Source: Amoebophrya sp. A120 | Lineage: Eukaryota > Protista > Dinoflagellata | Assembly: GCA_905178155.1 (NCBI GenBank) | Contig: CAJINV010000017.1 | Span: forward strand, 175,639-239,638 | Length of the DNA stretch: 64,000 nucleotides | Direction: 5' to 3' | Part shown: one piece after another, positions 59,301 to 64,000 of the stretch | How positions within the stretch are numbered: position 1 is the stretch's first letter | How the letters are laid out: the number at the start of each line of letters is the position of its first letter | The notes under the pieces: generated by a model | Seen by the model: only the letters and a program-made list of their open reading frames with translations | What the model was told of the DNA's origin: nothing | The model's database searches: none | Program-made: the position numbers and the translations under genes

Positions 59301-62300
59301 CCCAAACTGATCGTGAAGGGGGAGGACCACCAGATCCACTACAACACGATTCTCGACGGAGAGATGCACATTTGCCGTGACTTCGGGAGCAGTCTGTGCG
59401 GGATGAACCGGGACAGCTTCTTCAACAGCAACATGGCCTCGCTGTACAAGCCCCGCGGCGAATATCAAACAAAAAAAGTTCGTCACGATCACTCATGCGC
59501 ATTTTTGCAATACAAAATTGGCTGTCATGCGTAAAAATGCATGACAGCCAAGCTAGGGGATTTCCCTAGTGTTTCTGCAATACAAGGAAAACTTGTGATG
59601 CTAAAAAAATTTGTAATGCAAAACCTGCAAGTTACTGACTGTGACAAACTTTTTTCTTTCCATAGCGAAGGCTGCACCTCCAACTACGACGGTGTGTCGA
59701 TCGTCAACGGGCTTCCCACGGGCTTCGACGCGGCCTCGAACAAGCTGACCACCTCCGGCACCTCGTGCTCGTTTCTCCGCGACTGCGAGCGCTACGACTT
59801 CCGGCCGCACTCGGCGGCCAGCCCGCCCTACGGCGCCTTCCTGTACCACGACGTGGCGACCGAGGGCGCATTTGACGCCTACAACGTCCCCGGGAAGCGG
59901 CTCTTGCGGAAGCCGCAGCCCTTCACGCGGTCTTCCAACGTTACCGCCTCGGCGATCTCGGACTTGTCCTTGATTTTCATCGAGGAGCGGGACTGCGAGC
60001 TGGCGAACTACATCACGCTGTATTACAACACGGCGGAGTGGCCCATGGACAACGTGTCCACCATCCAGATTCCCGCGGGCATGAACGTGCTCCACGTGGA
60101 CAGCTACCTGCTCGGCTACGCCGCGTACGAGTGGGCGGTCACGAGTGGCTGCAGCGGGGACACGGTGAACGCCACGGGGCTGGGCTTCACGGCGGGCGTG
60201 GGGCCCCTGATCGGGCTCCCGCCGACCAGCACCACCACCACGACGAGCACCAGCACCACCACAACGACCACGACCCTGTACGTCGGGCCTGTCACCCTTC
60301 CGCCCACAACTACGACCACCCCCATCCCGGTCACCAGCCTGTACAACACGAACGCCACGGCGGCGGCCGAGGCCGCTGGCAACAACGCCGCCGACCCGGT
60401 GGTGCCGGCGACCGCCACTTATGTGGCCGCGGGATCCAACCTGACAATGGGGAGTATGCTGGCCTTCTCAACCGTTACATTCTCAACGGTTACATGATTT
60501 GTCATGCAAATTCACCACCAAGATCGCCCTGCTTAAGCGGTTCCGCATGACAAATATCCGAAGGGCCAAACAGCATCTAAATCTGTGCCAAATCTGTAAA
60601 TCTAAATGCAAAAGGGCAATTTTCCACCTTTCACTTTCGCTGTTCTTGCATTACAAATTCATGCAACAGCTGAGAATGTAACGCTTGAGAACCCCATAGG
60701 GAGTGCGAGCTCCAACTTCGTGAACACGTGTGGCATATGCACTACAAAACTTTCATACACCAGTGCCTGGTATTTCTAGTGGTAATTCTAAGTTTTCCAA
60801 GAAGACGCATGTTGAAAAAGGTGCGGAGCAAATTTTAATTTATATCTGTCATGCGAGATAATTAGAATTACATCCAGTGCGATACACTACGACTTTTGCG
60901 CAGGTGGATATGACACGAATGACAAGCTGCTGGACGCGACGCTCAGTACCTGTGCGGCGTTTGTCACCGCCATCAAGTCGTCGGTCTGTGAGGCGACGAA
61001 CAGTATGCTGCAAGCTGCCGCGACGAAAGACAGTACTGTAACGTACACCCGCATCGAGTGCACGCAGTTCCAGTTCACAAAGATCGCGATACGGATCGAC
61101 AGCGTGAGTTCTCGGCGCGCTCTGACGACGCAAGCCGCGAATATTACGATCGCTACCAATTCCACCGCGACGGTGACCGTGGAAACCGAGTACCAAATCC
61201 TGTTCTCGAACCCCGCCAGCGCGCTGGACGGCGGCGCAAGTGCCGCGGCCCTCGCGAGCCAGCTTTCGAGCGCGAGTGAGGATCCCGCGGCCAGCAGCCA
61301 ATTTCAGTCCTCTTTCACGTCGAATTTCGGCACCGCGGTGGCCAGCGACACGAGTCTGAGCACCATGACGGTCGCGTCCGTGGCGCGCAGCGCCCCGGTC
61401 GTGGAGTCGACCACGGTCTACGTGCCGCAGTCCGTGGTCACAGCGGCGCTCCCCCCGACTGCAACGGCGGAAACAAGTGGTGGCGGGGATAGCGACGACG
61501 GGGGCGCGGGGGTCATTTTAGCGGTTATCTTCAGCATCGTCGGGGTGGCGGGAATCGTCGCGGTCCTGCACTTCAAATACAACACCTTCGGGTTGCAGAA
61601 GGCGGCAAGTAGTAACTCGACCGAAGAAGCAGGCAAGATGAACCAGCGGGCCGAGGGCGAGGAAAATTTCGTCGACGTGGAGACTGGCACCCCGCCGGAC
61701 GTGGAGCAAAGCAGACCCAGTCAGAGTTCGCTGAAAAAGCTCGGCACGGTATGCATTGCAAAACAAGTAATGTTGTACCAGTTGTATAAAGTGCATGTTG
61801 ACAAATTTTCTCAAGAAGAAAATTTGAATTTGTAATGCTGATTCAGGTCAGAAATTAGATTTGTCATGCCTGAATGCAATTTGTATATACGAGTGCGATA
61901 CAACTTTTGCAATTCATACACGGTGGGCAACATCAACTCCGACATGCCGGAGATGGCGACCGCCACCGGGGTCAAAACCACCGGCCGGTGGCGCCGGTGG
62001 TACGCCAGCATGCAGTTCGGCTCGAAGGTGATTGAGGACTCGGCAAAGCGGGCGGAGGAGCTGGAGCTGGAAGATGTGCAGCTCAAGTTGGGTGACGGCG
62101 AGAGCGGTTTTTTCCAAAACAGCGCCCCGGTCGTTGTGGTGCAGGGGAACCAAAGTCAAGCGTCCGCGGTGGTGCCGGACGAAAACGACGACATGCTGAG
62201 CGCCGCGTCAGACCACGGTGCAGCGGTGGCGGGGAACACTGCAGCAGCTCCCGTAGTTGCGAGCACCTCGAGCGGCGTTGATCCGTTGGCGGGGACAACC

Positions 62301-62363
62301 CCGAAGAACAAGGGACTGAAAATTCGACCGAAAAAAATCATTGCGGAACATGCGGAGGAGTAA
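56313..62363 (+). CDS. Large type-I membrane/secreted protein, probable right-handed beta-helix; paralog of 20759-26279; 9 exons, 8 TIR introns
   Basis: Exons 56313-56926, 57244-57428, 57714-57746, 57944-59092, 59259-59462, 59670-60454, 60704-60735, 60916-61749 and 61924-62363 join in frame except for one frameshift near 58665. Shares KIYSALLP, PARWPD, FLYFNRIRC, FDCSGNKMQRF, LRDCE.YDFRP and a C-terminal TM with the paralog. Confidence 0.85.
56927..57238. mobile_element. TIR introner, family C-like
   Basis: Ends tatcacccgc..gttaca and tgtaac..gcgggccata. Direct repeat ATCTG/ATCCG. Removing 317 nt restores the frame. Confidence 0.85.
57429..57708. mobile_element. TIR introner, family B
   Basis: Ends tatgtgagtgcacaac and gttgtgcactctcata. 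Direct repeat CGAAA/CGGAA. Length 285 nt with one repeat copy. Confidence 0.9.
57747..57938. mobile_element. TIR introner, family D
   Basis: Ends taccctctgcaaa and tttgcaatgcata. Direct repeat CGTGT on both sides. Removing 197 nt restores the frame. Confidence 0.85.
59093..59253. mobile_element. TIR introner, family D
   Basis: ~36-bp TIR: tatgaattgcaaaagtatcgtattcgtataaatgca and tgcatttatacgagtgcgatacttttgcacaggata. Direct repeat TTTCC. Removal gives FSDVSRNGT, matching paralog FDTVTKNGT. Confidence 0.93.
59463..59664. mobile_element. TIR introner, family F (inverted relative to 2131-2336)
   Basis: Ends tatcaaacaaaaaaagttcgtcac and gtgacaaacttttttctttccata. Direct repeat GCGAA. Removal gives PRGEGC, matching paralog PYGENC. 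Confidence 0.93.
60455..60698. mobile_element. TIR introner, family C (inverted relative to 30093-30370)
   Basis: Ends tatgctggccttctcaaccgttacattctca and tgagaatgtaacgcttgagaaccccata. Direct repeat GGGAG. Length 249 nt with one repeat copy. Confidence 0.92.
60736..60910. mobile_element. Degenerate TIR introner, family D-like
   Basis: TAT...ATA ends. Direct repeat TGGCA/TGACA. Removing 180 nt gives NTCGTNDKLLD, matching paralog NACGTTSKLND without gaps. Confidence 0.8.
61750..61918. mobile_element. TIR introner, family D
   Basis: Ends tatgcattgcaaaa and ttttgcaattcata. Direct repeat CACGG. Length 174 nt with one repeat copy. Confidence 0.92.
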
Positions 62364-62569
62364 GGAGTGGAAACAGGATGGAACTTGAATAAAATATGAA
62401 TATGAAAGAAACTGATACTTGATCATTAATATCTTCTCGTCGTGCTCACGAGCGGTACGGATGCCTTAATCATGCAAGCGCAGATACAGCCTACCGTTTC
62501 GACTAACAAAATGTAATTAGAAGCGAAAACCGTTCATACCCAACAATTTTCACGAGCACCAACAAAAAC

Positions 62570-63032
62570 CCCGACCACCTCCTCCCCCAACCGGGCCACC
62601 TCCTCCCACGCCCAACGCCTTCTCCGTCCAAACCATGACCACCTCCTCCGGTCACCGGGCCTCCTCCTCTGGAACCCGGAGCTTCTCCTCCTCCGGAGGT
62701 TGGAAGGACCTCCTCCTCCGGAGGCCCGCCCTCCTCCCCCGGACCTCAGACCACCTCCTCCGGGGGTTGGACCTCCTCCTCCTCCGGAGGCCCGTCCTCC
62801 TCCCCCGGACGTCAGACCACCTCCTCCGGGGGTTGGACCTCCTCCTCCTCCGGAGGCCGGGCCTCCTCCTCCGCACCTCAGACCACCTCCTCCGGGGGTT
62901 GGGCCTCCTCCTCCTCCGGAGGCCGGACCTCCTCCTCCTCCGGGGGTTGGACCTCCTCCTCCGCCGGAGGCCGGACCTCCTCCTCCGGACCTCAGACCAC
63001 CTCCTTCGGGGGTTGGGGCTCCTCCTCCTCCG
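62570..63032. repeat. C-rich minisatellite (cctcctccgg subunits, ~60-bp higher-order period)
   Basis: Repeated ctcagaccacctcctccgggggttggacctcctcctcctccggaggcc. Translates as poly-Pro on + and poly-Gly on -; coding status unsupported. Confidence 0.85.
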
Positions 63033-63325
63033 TACGTGGCGGCCGCTTTCTTATTCGGAAACGAAAAGACTGGCGCCGGGATGTTCTTACTCACTCGGGA
63101 CCGAGGGGAGACCAAGCGGCCGGGTCGCCTTTATTAGGGCGGCACTGCACTGCGGCAGCAGTCTGCGCAACTGTGGCGAAAACGGTGCGGCGGGGTGCGC
63201 CGAAAGCGGCGCGCTGGAGTCGCTGCCAAAGTCGGCGGCTCGGCCGCTTGCGCCTCCAAGGCTTGCCGGACGTCTACGGATCGCGGACGCCGTAGCCATT
63301 GGCGACCTTCCGCTTTTAAAATTGC

Positions 63326-63587
63326 AAAAAGATGGCAGCCGGGGCACCTCCATTCCCCCTTGTAACGTTGGAAAAAGAGGGGAGCCGGCCCACCTTCATT
63401 CCCCCTTTTAACATTGGAGAAAGAGGGCAGCCGGGGCACCTCCATTCCCCCTTTTAACATTGGAAAAAGATGGCAGCCGGATCGATCACCTCCATTCCCC
63501 CTCTGAACATTGGAAAAAGATGGCAGCCGGCTCACCTCCATTCCCCCTTTTAACATTGGAAAAAGGTGGTAGACGGGTCACCTCCCT
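63326..63587. repeat. ~46-bp tandem repeat, about 5.5 copies
   Basis: aaaaagatggcagccgg-N2-6-cacctccattcccccttttaacattgg units. Confidence 0.9.
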
Positions 63588-63864
63588 CCTATCCCACTAA
63601 TTCATCATAGTTCTTCTGCAGATCGCCACCTGCATGATATCAATCGAAGATTCCGCATTATTTCTTACGGTGCTGATAGGTAAGTAAAAACAGGACAAAA
63701 AGAAAAACCAAAGTCATTGAGTGCACACTGAACCTAATCTGCAAGTGCGAATCTGCAAGAACTGAAGGTTTTCGACGTATGTGCTGATTCTACTATACCC
63801 TTCTTTACGCCCCCTGCAGCTGGCTGCTTCTCCACAACAGTGAGTCGTGCTTCCTTAATCTCNT

Positions 63865-64000
63865 CCGGGCGCCGCGGACAAGAATAAGGGGCCGCCCCGG
63901 CTCCGATGGCCCCGCCCGGGCGCCGCGGACAAGAATAAGGGGCCGGCCCGGCTCCGATGGCCCCGGCCGGGCGCCGCGGACAAGAATAAGGGGCCGGCCC
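63865..64000. repeat. 51-bp GC-rich satellite starting just after an N and running off the window
   Basis: ggacaagaataagggg at 63876, 63927 and 63978 (period 51). N at 63863. Confidence 0.9.

Noticed and set aside
62534-63411. Poly-Pro, poly-Gly or Leu-Arg repeat ORFs
   Set aside because: They are translations of a minisatellite that is open in several frames.
63326-63587. 46-bp repeats as a CRISPR array
   Set aside because: The variable part is only 2-6 nt, there are no unique spacers or cas genes, and the context is eukaryotic.

Overview
Eukaryotic (protist) genomic DNA, not prokaryotic. Every credible gene lies on the + strand. The proteins are long and low-complexity, and many coding regions are split by short non-canonical introns with terminal inverted repeats (TIRs). 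This architecture resembles the parasitic dinoflagellate Amoebophrya (Syndiniales); the taxon is an inference. The main signal is about 26 elements, mostly 144-394 bp, usually starting TAT/TAC and ending ATA. Eighteen are flanked by a perfect or 4/5 5-bp direct repeat, and they fall into about 6 TIR families. Removing an element plus one repeat copy restores the reading frame wherever both flanking frames could be established. Two families occur in both orientations, and many junctions cannot be read as GT-AG. Reconstructed genes: a RING-H2 protein, a membrane-anchored pepsin-like aspartic protease, a ubiquitin-like protein, a multi-TM alpha/beta-hydrolase, two paralogous large surface proteins (probably beta-helix) and two paralogs of an unknown family. 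A GC-rich repeat island at 42-45 kb holds a 41-bp direct repeat, three 63-bp repeats with unrelated spacers and many hairpins. Satellites lie at the right end. All alignments and counts were done by eye.
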